NCBI GenBank assembly: GCA_964291675.2
Contig: OZ219865.1
Coordinates: 256,001-320,000 of the forward strand
Origin: Alphaproteobacteria bacterium
GTDB lineage: Bacteria; Pseudomonadota; Alphaproteobacteria; MPNO01
Direction of reading: 5' to 3'
DNA: 64,000 nucleotides
The position numbers and the translations under genes were made by a program. The notes beneath the pieces were generated by a model. It was not told the DNA's origin, made no database searches, and worked only from the letters and a program-made list of their open reading frames with translations. Shown here in pieces: positions 9,913 through 19,477 of this stretch; position 1 is the stretch's first letter, and each line of letters opens with the position of its first letter.

Positions 9913-10896
9913 ATGTATCTCGAACCCCCGTTCGACCCCTGCGAGGGGCCGGGTACGGAACGACAGGCAGTGCTCGCCGAGCAGCTCGGACAGTTCGTCC
10001 GGGCGGCGAGCGGCGCGTTCTCCAGCAACACCGAGCGGGCGCTGAAGTCCGATCTCGCCATCTACGCCGAGTGGTGCGCCGAGCAGGGGGAACGGGCGCT
10101 GCCGGCCATACCCGAGACCGTCGCCGCCTTCGTCGACGCCATGGCGGAGGTGAAGGCGCCGGCCACGGTGCGCCGCTACGTCACCAGCCTGGTCATCGCC
10201 CACAGGGCGCTCGGGCTGGAGAAGACGATCAAGAGCCCGCCCGTGCAGCTGGCGCTCAAGCGCATGCACCGCAGGAAGGGCCGCCGCCAGGACCAGGCGA
10301 CGGGGCTGACATGGCCGCTGCGCCAGCGCCTGCTGGAAGCGGCGGGCGACCGGCTGATCGACGACCGCAACCGGGCGCTGCTCGCCGTCGCCTACGACGC
10401 GATGTTGCGCCGGACCGAGCTGGTGTCCCTGCAAGTCGCTGATCTGCTTGAGGAAGTGCAGGGCGACGGCAGCCTGCTGGTGCGCCGCTCAAAGACCGAC
10501 GGCGAGGGCAGGGGCGAGATCGCCTGGGTCGGCCCGGACACCGTCCGGCTGGTCTGCGCGTGGCTCCACCGGGCCGGGATCGGGGACGGCCGGCTGTTCC
10601 GCTCGGTCGGCAAGAGCGGGCGCATCGGCGAGCGGCTCCATCCCTGCCAGGTGCCGCGCATCTTCAAGGCGATGGCGCGCGCGGCCGGCCTGCCGGAGGC
10701 GGTGGCCGGGGGCCTCTCGGGGCACTCGGCCCGGGTCGGCGCCGCCCAGGACATGGTCGCCGCCGGGATCGAGCTGCCGGCGATCCTCCACGCCGGGCGG
10801 TGGAAGTCCACCGCGATGGTCAACCGCTACGGCGAACGGCTGCTGGCACGGCGCAGCGGGGCGGCGCAGCTGGCCCGGATGCAGAAGCGGGCTTGA
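9913..10896 (+). CDS. Cre-family tyrosine recombinase (327 aa)
   Basis: RNRALLAVAYDAMLRRTE, RRSKTD, SGHSARVGAAQDM, AGRW and VNRY give the R-K-HxxR-W-Y set typical of Cre; GGAGG RBS at 9901. Confidence 0.92.
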   Translation: MYLEPPFDPCEGPGTERQAVLAEQLGQFVRAASGAFSSNTERALKSDLAIYAEWCAEQGERALPAIPETVAAFVDAMAEVKAPATVRRYVTSLVIAHRALGLEKTIKSPPVQLALKRMHRRKGRRQDQATGLTWPLRQRLLEAAGDRLIDDRNRALLAVAYDAMLRRTELVSLQVADLLEEVQGDGSLLVRRSKTDGEGRGEIAWVGPDTVRLVCAWLHRAGIGDGRLFRSVGKSGRIGERLHPCQVPRIFKAMARAAGLPEAVAGGLSGHSARVGAAQDMVAAGIELPAILHAGRWKSTAMVNRYGERLLARRSGAAQLARMQKRA

Positions 10897-10916
10897 GCGC
10901 GCCGGAGGGGGTGTAT

Positions 10917-10948
10917 GGATATGGCCGTCGGGTTATGATGCCATATCC
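10917..10948. terminator. Hairpin downstream of the recombinase
   Basis: GGATATGGC-N14-GCCATATCC; no U-tract. Confidence 0.35.
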
Positions 10949-11015
10949 GTTGCGGTGCGATGCGGAGGCCCGGAACCGGCCTGCGCGCCGATCGGGCGCC
11001 AAATTCAGAAAATGC

Positions 11016-11028
11016 TATCGAGCGTAAT
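11016..11028. other. Isolated lox half-site
   Basis: TATCGAGCGTAAT is the exact reverse complement of the left arm of site 2; a partial arm ATTACGCGC also occurs at 11283-11291. Confidence 0.65.
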
Positions 11029-11185
11029 AATTGGCGCGGTCGGCGGACCCGGCATCCGGCCGGCAGCCCCGCACGGTACCGGCCGATCCCGGAAAAGTCA
11101 CAGTAGTTCAACGGGTTGTCAGAGGTTCGACGCGCGATTCCGTACCCTGTCGCGGGTGCGGCGCGCCGCCGGCGCGAATATGGTA

Positions 11186-11214
11186 TTGACAATATTACGC
11201 TCGATAGCGACAGC
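11186..11214 (+). promoter_or_regulatory. Sigma70-like promoter overlapping lox site 2
   Basis: Perfect TTGACA at 11186-11191, 17-nt spacer, -10 position falls in the lox spacer (GACAGC). Confidence 0.55.
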
Positions 11215-11227
11215 TATCGCGCGTAAT
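11194..11227. other. lox-like recombination site 2, inverted relative to site 1
   Basis: ATTACGCTCGATA-GCGACAGC-TATCGCGCGTAAT; spacer reverse complement GCTGTCGC versus ACTGTCGC at site 1. Confidence 0.85.
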
Positions 11228-11924
11228 CTGGAACCGGAGCGACCGGCTCCGCGCTGCCCGGACAGCCGCGCAAGAGATTGATATTACGCGCATTTTTGAT
11301 GCCGCAGGGGCCTTCCCGCCCCCGGGGATCGGTTCCGCAGCCCGATATCCCTGATATCGTGCACCTGGGACGTTCATCGCCCGGTTCCCCGCGTCTCGAC
11401 AGGGGCGCATCCTCGAAGGATGCGATGCGGAATCAGGTGGGCACGCGGTCCCCCGGCGGCCATTTGCATTTTCCAATGGCGCCGATCGGCGACGCTTATC
11501 GGCGACCGCGGCCGCGAAGGAGACCGGACCCCGCCTTCTCCCTTCTACGCCTGTCCTCATTAGCGAACCGGGACCCGCAGTGATAATGCCGGTCGCCGGA
11601 ACATTCATGCGCCGGCGGCATGCCCCGAAGCCGGCGTGGATCGGCGAGCGCCATCGCCGGACGAGGACGATGGCGCCGGCATGTCGAGGGTCGTTCGCCG
11701 ATCGGGAGGCGAGACCCCGCGGCGCGTCCCGCCGGGGCTCTCCCGCATGGCTGTTCAACGTCCCGAGTTCCCGCACTGCGCACCCCCGAAGCCGCGCCCG
11801 CGCCGTCGACGCGAGACCGGACTGTATGGCGCCGCCGGCGATTGCGCGTCCCCAAGCTGGGGGAAATCGGGAGAAATCATGTTGCCTACCGGCGAATTGC
11901 ATGAAGACGAATGCCTTCAGTGCC

Positions 11925-12090
11925 GCGACGCCGTGGATGCAGGCCGTCGTCGCACCCGCCCTCCTCGAGGTCGAGCTCAGGCTTTGCACCGCGGACTGGC
12001 GCGAGAGCGTCCGCCTGCTCGCCGACGGCCGCAGCGATCTCCATTGCCGCGGCGTCGACACCGGCGAGGCCCTTCCGGCCCACCTCTCTT
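11925..12090 (+). pseudogene. LysR substrate-binding domain remnant
   Basis: PWMQAVVAPALLEVELRLCTADWRESVRLLADGRSDLHC resembles a LysR effector domain; no HTH. Confidence 0.45.
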
Positions 12091-12644
12091 CCTCGAAGCG
12101 ACCGGGCCCGTCAAGGATCACGCCGCTCGGCCCAACTCCGGGGCGCGTCAGACCGCGGGACCCGCAGTGGCGGGGTCAGTGGGTTTGGCGCAATTCGCTA
12201 TCGGCCGGATACCGCTCCACCGCTTTGCTGCCCGTGGCGGCCCGGCCATCATCTCCGCGCGCTGAAATGGCGTTCCAGCGCCATACGCCGCCCGCCCCGG
12301 TCCCAGTGTTGAAAATTTCTGGATTCGATTTGATGACCGCGCTCCGCGTTCATCCCTCCGGCGCCCGAGCCACCAAGGCAATCCGCAAACCATCGAGACA
12401 CCCAAAGATTCGGGAAAACCGTCAGCCCGCTGCGATCCGCCGCGAGACGGCACACGACAACCGCCCCGGCTTTGCGGCCGGGACACAAGGTGAGGGCCGA
12501 TCCGGGCGTCTTGGCAGGCCGTCGCCAGGCATGGAAGAGGGTACCTCGGAGAGGTTTACGGTGGCCAAGCGGGCATGCCGAACGGGCATCGGCGGTCTAC
12601 CGACACTGGTGCGGTGGTCTACTGGCTCGGCGGCGTCAGGGCGC

Positions 12645-12865
12645 CTGACCCTCGAAGACGGCATCTACGGGCGGACACTCGAAGTGCGCAACGCCATCGT
12701 GTCGGTGATGTCGGCGGCGGACGACTGCTCGCAGGTGACCAATGCGCATCTGGCAGCGGTCTCCGGGACGCTGGTGGTCAGCCACCTGACCTCGATCCGG
12801 GCCGGGGACTTCGCCGGACACTCGGGGAATACCGAGTTGACGCTGGGCGCAATCCCGGGTGGCGT
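12645..12865 (+). pseudogene. Remnant of a leucine-rich-repeat surface protein N-terminal cap
   Basis: GIYGRTLEVRNAIV...DCSQVTNAHLAAVSGTL...TSIRAGDFAG resembles the CxRT.QVRDAI...L..GDF.GL cap of bacterial LRR surface proteins. Confidence 0.5.
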
Positions 12866-13183
12866 TCTTGCTCAGCACCGGGTAAGAAAAAGAATACACT
12901 GGACGCCTTACCGGGAACTAGGCAACAGATCATCCTCTCCTCCCTACGAACCACTGGCCCCAGGCGCTACGTCCGCCAACCTTGGCGGTTTCCAGCCGCC
13001 TCAAACTTGCTTTCTCAACGTTACCGGTCGCTGGAACCACGAATTATGGCTTCAGGCATTGTGAAACTCTTGGGGCGCCTCTTCTGAGACTGTTGGGGGT
13101 CCCCCGATTCGAGGACCACGACCGTGACGTAGAAACAAAACCATCACCGGTTGGACATCCCTAAACAAATCGGACCATCCGTA

Positions 13184-13768
13184 ATGACAAACTCATCACC
13201 CAGACCGTCTCGGAACTCCAGCAATATTATTTCCTTTCTTGCCGCCATGATAGCGATTATTTTCGCCATTGTTGGTGCAGTCACCGGTTTTCTTGTAAAA
13301 GAGCAAGAATCTTCTCAAGTATTGACTATCGAAGAGTTCCAGGACCTGAGGTCAGCTATTGATGGCAATGAGAAAGGAATTCGTGCACTTGAAGAACAGT
13401 TCCGTGCAGCCATAGAGGCCTCACAGATACAGGAAGGTGAACCCAACATTTCCGTACTATCAAATGATGTGTCGCGACTCAGGGATAGAATGAAAAAGAT
13501 TGAAAGTTGGGTCGTCTTGGAACCTGAGCAAGCTGTTGCCATACCATTGCTGAAGAAAGAGATAGAAGAGATGAAGAGTTCCATGAATAGTCATCTCAAT
13601 AATACTAGCCGTGAAATTGATCGCATCTATACCATTGGCCAATGGTTTATCGGAACTCTCATAGCGGTGATAGTCGCATTAGTTGCTCCATTCATCGGCA
13701 ATTTAATAACATCAAGAAAACAACGAGCAGAGGAACCGAGAAATCAGACCCACCCCGACTCAAATTGA
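13184..13768 (+). CDS. Hypothetical 2-TM coiled-coil membrane protein, low GC
   Basis: N- and C-terminal hydrophobic helices flank a long heptad region; AT-rich relative to the host. Start uncertain. Confidence 0.7.
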   Translation: MTNSSPRPSRNSSNIISFLAAMIAIIFAIVGAVTGFLVKEQESSQVLTIEEFQDLRSAIDGNEKGIRALEEQFRAAIEASQIQEGEPNISVLSNDVSRLRDRMKKIESWVVLEPEQAVAIPLLKKEIEEMKSSMNSHLNNTSREIDRIYTIGQWFIGTLIAVIVALVAPFIGNLITSRKQRAEEPRNQTHPDSN

Positions 13769-14087
13769 ATAAAAAACATCAATCGTAAGAAGAAATGTCG
13801 TCTTCGTCGGATGTTGGGTCAACAGGTCCGAGACAATCCCAGGGTCGTTCTTCTAGCGACTGTATCTATTTGGCAATCGCCCGGTGATGTTACTTTTAGC
13901 GACTTCACTTTGAGAATACCTTACCCTCTGTTCGACTTGAAGCAGTAGATTGCTCCACGAATGAACTTAGTCCTCAACTCCTACTCGTCGCCAATACCAT
14001 CACAATCATCGTGATTATCCGGAGCTCGGCAACCATGTAGTCCTTATGGTGAGTGCCACGTGCATCACTCTTACCGTCGGAATCTGG

Positions 14088-14761
14088 GGTTGTGTCCCAG
14101 CGCGCGGTGTAGGAGTTCTGACGGCGATTGGTAGCTGTGGGTAAGTAGCCCGCCGCAGCGACCGGCGACGAGTCTGGCGGCGGCGGGCTACTTACCCATA
14201 GCGGAGGCCATCGCGGTACCGGTTTAGGGTTGGGGTGCACGTCCGCCCGACCAAAGGAGTACCACGATGCCGGCGGCCAGGGCCGGCGCGTCGTCTCCGC
14301 CTTCGTCGCCACCGCCTTCGCCCAGAACGACGCCGGAGCGGCGAGCGCCCAGTGGCGCCTGGTCGCCGACCAGCTCAGGACCAAGGCGCCCAGGCTCGCA
14401 GCCCTCATGGACGACGCCGAGCACGACGTCTTCGCCTACATGACCTTCCCCAAGGAGCACCGCAGCAAGCTCCACTCGACCAACCCGATCGAGCGGCTGC
14501 AAGCCGAGGTCAAGCGCCGCACCAATGTCGTCGGCATCTTCCCCAACGAGGATGCCATCACCCGACCGGTCGGCGCCATCCTGCTCGAGCAGAACGACGA
14601 ATGGGCCGTCTCGAGGAGATACATGACACTGGAACCGATCGCGCCCGTGAGCGACAATCTCACCGTCAAGCTGCCCACCGTGGCAGCCTGAGCGCCCCGG
14701 CTCCACCCGCCGGATACCGCGATCGACGCCTGGCTCTTACACCACGGGGCGGGACACGATC
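14088..14761 (+). mobile_element. Internally deleted IS256-family element with terminal IRs and 8-bp TSD
   Basis: Ends GGTTGTGTCCC / GGGACACGATC; GAATCTGG duplicated at 14080-14087 and 14762-14769; C-terminal transposase fragment (HSTNPIERL..EVKRRT.VVGIFPN) to 14691. Confidence 0.85.
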
Positions 14762-14959
14762 GAATCTGGCCACCGTGCCAACAGTTAGCTGCTGAACCGT
14801 TGAGTTTAACATTGTTGCGATGTAAGACCGTATGTCCTTGTGAGGCCAGCATTTGATGGGGCGGTTCGCCCTACACTGGCGGCATTGAACGAGGGTTGCT
14901 CTGCGAGCAGTGCCCCAAGCCAGGAGGACGAACCGTGGTGGGGTGTAGCGAACTATTTG

Positions 14960-15087
14960 TCGGCATGGACGCGTCGAAGGATCCCATGCCGTGACGGCTA
15001 TCCCAACAGCTGCATCGACGGGCTCATGCCCTGGAACTTCAAACCCTCGTCAAGCTAAGAGCCGGGTGGCTTGGCCGCAACGCTTAC
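14960..15087 (+). mobile_element. IS66 right-end remnant
   Basis: DGYPNSCIDGLMPWNF (TnpC C-terminus), then a terminal ...AACGCTTAC (GTAA end). Confidence 0.7.
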
Positions 15088-15298
15088 CATCCAATTGGCG
15101 TTTGCCAATTAGATGCGCGTCAACTCGAATCACCGAGGAATATTTCCGTGAAGTTAGAAGAGACTCTGTTGACGGAATATAGGTCAGGAAAAATGAAGAG
15201 GCCTTTTTTCATTGGTTGTATACGGTGCCCACAGCCATTTTACCAGATGAAACACTGAAATCACGTGTATATTGTCGACACCCTGTCTACATTTGCGG

Positions 15299-16303
15299 TC
15301 AATGACAATAAACGCTGTCACCTAAACAGACCGGCCTTTCTCCTATCACTCTTGCCACTCTGCACGCGTATTTCTCGGCTACAGCGTGTCTGTGACTAAA
15401 CTCGGCACCCCTTTCCTTCAGCCGTTCCAACATATCGACTCTGATTCTTCCGAAGACGGATTGGTGATATCCTGTGGACAGTAAACTATCATGAAATGAC
15501 CGCTCTATCTCACCAAGCTCCTCTTTGACAAATTCCCGATTCTCTTTTCTCACCGCCGAGACGACATCACAAGCCTTCCTCAACTCGCTCTGCAGTATGT
15601 TGAACCCTCTTCCTAATCCTTTTTTCTTAGGTTCAACGTACGACCCTCCTGCGCCGCATGCTCTTGCACTTATCGTAGGCAGGTAACGAAATCGTGGGAC
15701 CGCAACAACAGTTACGAACTCGCTTACGTTGTTGATGATTATCAGAGGAGGTAGACGACGACCCCTGTCATAGAGGGGCTTCAATTGCGTCGGCTTCTTG
15801 TCACCATTGTATGTTGGCAACACTCCATAAAGTTCTGCTAAACCTTTACCAACTTCCGAGTGGGTTTTAAGGACCTGCGCCACGCTTTGGCACAACCGCC
15901 CAGTTCTTTCCTCTGCACTCGCCACAACTTCTCCGGTCAACGCGAGTTCCCACATAGACTTGTGAAATTCATCGAATTGGAATATCTTTTCTGCCCAAAA
16001 TCTTTCGAACTCGTCCCAATACGCTTTATCTCTCGTCTGTCGAAGACGGCTAGGTAGCTCTTGCACTATTTCGTTGTAGACCTTGGTATACTGGTGTTCA
16101 TCCTCTATAAGCCTTTCCGCCTTTTCCGCAAAAATCTCCTGCTTTTGTCTCTTTAGCAATACAGGGTCGACAATGAATTGCCATATACCAATTGCCGTTC
16201 CTACAACTCCAAGCCCAGGGGCGATGAGCTTCCACGGGATCCGCCTAAAGGACCCCAATTTAGCGCCCATTCCTTGCTCTCGTCGTTGCTTTGTATTCGT
16301 CAT
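15299..16303 (-). CDS. Hypothetical protein with N-terminal TM, low GC
   Basis: 334-aa ORF with one TM and a helical soluble domain; family not recognised. Confidence 0.7.
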   Translation of the reverse strand: MTNTKQRREQGMGAKLGSFRRIPWKLIAPGLGVVGTAIGIWQFIVDPVLLKRQKQEIFAEKAERLIEDEHQYTKVYNEIVQELPSRLRQTRDKAYWDEFERFWAEKIFQFDEFHKSMWELALTGEVVASAEERTGRLCQSVAQVLKTHSEVGKGLAELYGVLPTYNGDKKPTQLKPLYDRGRRLPPLIIINNVSEFVTVVAVPRFRYLPTISARACGAGGSYVEPKKKGLGRGFNILQSELRKACDVVSAVRKENREFVKEELGEIERSFHDSLLSTGYHQSVFGRIRVDMLERLKERGAEFSHRHAVAEKYACRVARVIGERPVCLGDSVYCH

Positions 16304-16930
16304 CGGTTAACCCCAACTTTCCACTAGCGCTTTGCGTGACCCGAAGCCCTTCAACCCGCCTTCTCCGCCCTCATCTAGGCCACGGCATCCTAGCTACGTC
16401 GGCAGCAGCGGGTAGCACTCACCATGACCTCCTCTACATGTAAATTAATTTCCAATACCGCTTGGTTCGAACCGATGCGACCAACGATCTGCCCCTCCAA
16501 GACGAGAGGCGCCACAGAATCGTGTGAAGCGCCTTGATTCACCAGCCTGGAGACGTATCGCTTCATGTTCGCAGGTTACGCGCCGGCCATGGGGACGTTC
16601 TCCATCTCGACCGGTTCCTAGTCCATCGATCATACGGCAGTCGCATAAGGCGCGACAATCTGGATGAGGGTCTCATCTTGGTTGTCTCGCCGCAGTGCCT
16701 CAACCGGCATAGTCTGAGGTGGCCGCGCCTCTTCGGACAGTCTGGCAGCTTTGCTAAGGTGTATTCCGGTTGATGTTCAGACCGCCAAAGTCCCCTTGGA
16801 ATGGATCTTCCTGCTGCTGTCGCGCCTGTGGGGATGTGGGCAAGGCACGACTCGACTTGTCCACTATGTCCACAGGCGTGTCGCCCAGGTTGGTCTCGGC
16901 TGGCGTCTGACCAGGACCAGGGAGAGCCCC

Positions 16931-17050
16931 ATGCGAGATCGACACAGTGCGCATCGCAAGTACCGGAGAGGATCGGAGCAGTTCGAGCTGTTCCCCCGGG
17001 CGGAAAGCGACGCGCCGTTGGACACGCCCGCATGGCGCACGCTACAGCGC
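16931..17050 (+). pseudogene. Remnant of the small ORF preceding serine-recombinase mobile elements
   Basis: QFELFPRAESDAPLDTPAWRTL motif; truncated against cap15. Confidence 0.35.
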
Positions 17051-17093
17051 TTGATCGGATCGCCGTCGGGCTGGCTCTGCTCCTGCAAGACCT

Positions 17094-17675
17094 TTATCGA
17101 ATTCGTTCACCGTGGACCTCTCCCCTTGTGCCACGGTCGGTCCAATACTGACCGTGCAGCTCGCCCGGCAATGCAGGATCTCCGATCACATCGAGCACCA
17201 GTGCCCCCATGTGTGTCCGGCTTCGATCCTGAACCGAGATCCGTGGCTGGTTTCGGTACACTCCGAATACTTGGTAGGTCCCGTCATCCTTGGCGACGAT
17301 TCTGGAAGCCGCGAAGTCACCTGCGGACTCCGGCGTCTCCAGTCGTAGATGCAGCTTGGTGTAGGTCTGCCGGATTGTGACCTTCGCCTCTATCGGCTCG
17401 GGGCGAAGGTTGGTCTGCGGATCGGTCCAGAGCGACTTGATGACGAATGTCCAGTCCCCGGCCAGGATTGGACGCTTCACGAACCAGCCTTGCAGCAGCC
17501 GTTGCTTCCACGCCCATCGGTCGAAGAGAGCCAGGGCACCGACCGTCGCGCTCACGGCGCCGCCGAAAGACTTCAACCAGTTCCAGGACAGCGGCTCGCC
17601 GGCGAGCACAAGCGAAACCGCCACCGATGCCAGTGGCACGGCGATGAGCGCGCTGACCTGAACGCGGTCCATCAT
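17094..17675 (-). CDS. cap15: CBASS Cap15-type 2TM beta-barrel effector
   Basis: Two TMs, LFDRWAWK...P.LAGDW...IRQTYTKL..RLET.ES...YRNQP...H.G...GQYWTDRGTRG; coupled to the cyclase stop. Confidence 0.88.
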   Translation of the reverse strand: MMDRVQVSALIAVPLASVAVSLVLAGEPLSWNWLKSFGGAVSATVGALALFDRWAWKQRLLQGWFVKRPILAGDWTFVIKSLWTDPQTNLRPEPIEAKVTIRQTYTKLHLRLETPESAGDFAASRIVAKDDGTYQVFGVYRNQPRISVQDRSRTHMGALVLDVIGDPALPGELHGQYWTDRGTRGEVHGERIR

Positions 17676-18586
17676 CCGCTTTCTACGTAGTTCCAAGCGT
17701 CGTAGAGAAACTGATTTGCTTGAGCGCGGGTCCACGACTGGGAAGCGGGGAACAACAGCTTGATACCGTTCTCTTCGGTCCACGCGCCGCACACGGCGTC
17801 GGTGCGCGTGTGTTCCCAGAGGTGAGCGATGACGCCCTGCGTCATGTCACGCAGCGAAGGCCGGCCGAAGAGATGATCGGGGGCATTCCAGATCAGGCTC
17901 TCGATCAGGAAGGAGGCCATCGCCCTCGCCGACGCGACGCCTGCATCATCCATCTCGTGACTGAGCTTCTTCACAATGCGCACCGCCCTCTTGAAGCGCC
18001 GATCGGTGGCATTGTTCTTCGCTACGCCGTTGTCGTACTGCTGCTGAGGGAAGTTGGTGATCAAACGTCCCGTGTCATCGGCGATGAGAGCGGTGCCCTC
18101 ATGATATTGCCAAGCGTTGAGGTACAACCGATAAGCGAAGCAGGGCGCGGCGTCGGCGTCGACGCGCCCGGTGTTCTCGTTGACGTCGAACGCCTTGTTG
18201 CCGCGCCGAACGTTGGCCCGTCCGAACCTGTTCACCAGTGCCCGCTCGACGTCGTTCTTGTAGCTGCCGAACTTGTAGCTGGCAGGCGTGATTCCGACAC
18301 TGAGTGCCAACAGGCCGGGCGGAAGGTCGTAGTAAAACGTGTCCTCGCAGAGCACGCAGACATCGACATCGCTGTCCTGCCGAACATTGGTACGATTCCG
18401 ATAGCTGCCCTGCGGAAAGGTCCGCACGTTCCTGGTCGCGAGCGTCGCATCCGCCGCCACCGCCCCCTTGATGGCCTGCACGGCACGGTCGCACCGCTCC
18501 TGCTCCGTCTTGCCGGGCGGCTTGGACCACGCGGAGAACACTCTCTCCCAGTCCCGCCTGGTTCTTGTCTGTACGGACACCGTCAC
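17672..18586 (-). CDS. cdnE: CBASS CD-NTase, CdnE-like
   Basis: W.KPP..TE...QGSYRNRTNVRQDSDVDV...DADAAP...NFPQQ..DNG..KN..T...FK..VRI.K...SFLIESLIWN.P. Confidence 0.88.
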   Translation of the reverse strand: MTVSVQTRTRRDWERVFSAWSKPPGKTEQERCDRAVQAIKGAVAADATLATRNVRTFPQGSYRNRTNVRQDSDVDVCVLCEDTFYYDLPPGLLALSVGITPASYKFGSYKNDVERALVNRFGRANVRRGNKAFDVNENTGRVDADAAPCFAYRLYLNAWQYHEGTALIADDTGRLITNFPQQQYDNGVAKNNATDRRFKRAVRIVKKLSHEMDDAGVASARAMASFLIESLIWNAPDHLFGRPSLRDMTQGVIAHLWEHTRTDAVCGAWTEENGIKLLFPASQSWTRAQANQFLYDAWNYVESG

Positions 18587-18774
18587 CCCTCGCGAATTCG
18601 CGCTCGGCCAAGCGCTTGAATTGAACCTGCCGTCATATCAGCCCAAGAATTGCCAATGATCCCTCGGCGGAAAGGCATCGACCGGCCCCCATTTCGCAGT
18701 CACTTGCCTTGCCTCAACGACTTCAGCGCCCCATTCCGGTCCGAACCTCTCGCTGAACTGCCAGCTGCGAACTC

Positions 18775-19014
18775 TCAGCCCTTGATCTCGCGAGGGTCGT
18801 TCCCATGCGAATCCGATTGGCTGATGCGACCGTCGCGATTGTGGATCTTGAATTCCGTACCGGCGTTTCGGCTGATTTCGCGGCCGCGGTCGATCGCCTC
18901 CTGTTTCGTCCCGAAATGTCCGCTGGCGCGTTCGGCGCCCCCGCGACGGACATCCCAGCCCCCGCCGGAAGCGGGTACGACGTGATGTGTCCCGGATCCC
19001 TTGCCTCGTGCCAT
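18775..19014 (-). CDS. DUF2188 family protein
   Basis: HHVVP..GGGWDV...G.ERAS.HF.TKQEAI...IH.RDGRI...DSHGNDP. Confidence 0.88.
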   Translation of the reverse strand: MARGKGSGTHHVVPASGGGWDVRRGGAERASGHFGTKQEAIDRGREISRNAGTEFKIHNRDGRISQSDSHGNDPREIKG

Positions 19015-19049
19015 ATCGGCCTCCTGCAATCGTGTTTGCGCTAACCGAA

Positions 19050-19129
19050 GTTCGTAATCACGAACCTGGCGGCAACGTAGGTGTTGCGCATATCGCCTGT
19101 CAAGGACAAAGTGTATCGTTATCGCGAAC
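19050..19129. promoter_or_regulatory. Palindromic operators in the divergent CBASS/capH promoter
   Basis: GTTCGT-AATC-ACGAAC at 19050-19065 and a related TATCGTTATCGCGAAC at 19114-19129. Confidence 0.55.
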
Positions 19130-19147
19130 CTCGCCCGCAACTGGAGG

Positions 19148-19477
19148 ATGTCCGTGCCAACGCCCCTGGGAGAGCGCGTACGAGAGGTCAGGCTGAAACG
19201 CGGCCTGACCCTTGAAGCCCTGGCCGAACAGGTCGGATCGAGCAAGAGCTACATGTGGGAGATCGAAAACAAGGACGTCGCCCGCCCATCGGCCGAGAAG
19301 CTGCACCAGATCGCTGTTGCCCTCGGCACCACCGCGGAGTACCTGCTCTCGGCCGACGAAGTGACCGAAGCCGAGGCGGCCGATCTCGCCTTCTTCCGCA
19401 AGTATCGGAACATGAAGCCCAGAGGTAAGGAACAGCTTCGGGAGATGCTCAGGATCCTGGACGACGAGGACGAATGA
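19148..19477 (+). CDS. capH: XRE HTH repressor (CapH-like)
   Basis: LTLEALAEQVGSSKSYMWEIENK...PSAEKL; divergent from CBASS and coupled to the peptidase. Confidence 0.85.
   Translation: MSVPTPLGERVREVRLKRGLTLEALAEQVGSSKSYMWEIENKDVARPSAEKLHQIAVALGTTAEYLLSADEVTEAEAADLAFFRKYRNMKPRGKEQLREMLRILDDEDE

Noticed and set aside
9913-10896. The ICE integrase
   Set aside because: No arm-binding domain, Cre-like motifs, internal position, and flanked by its own symmetric sites.
11580-13064. 494-aa ORF as a real gene
   Set aside because: Low-complexity Arg/Pro/Ala text joining unrelated LysR and LRR remnants.
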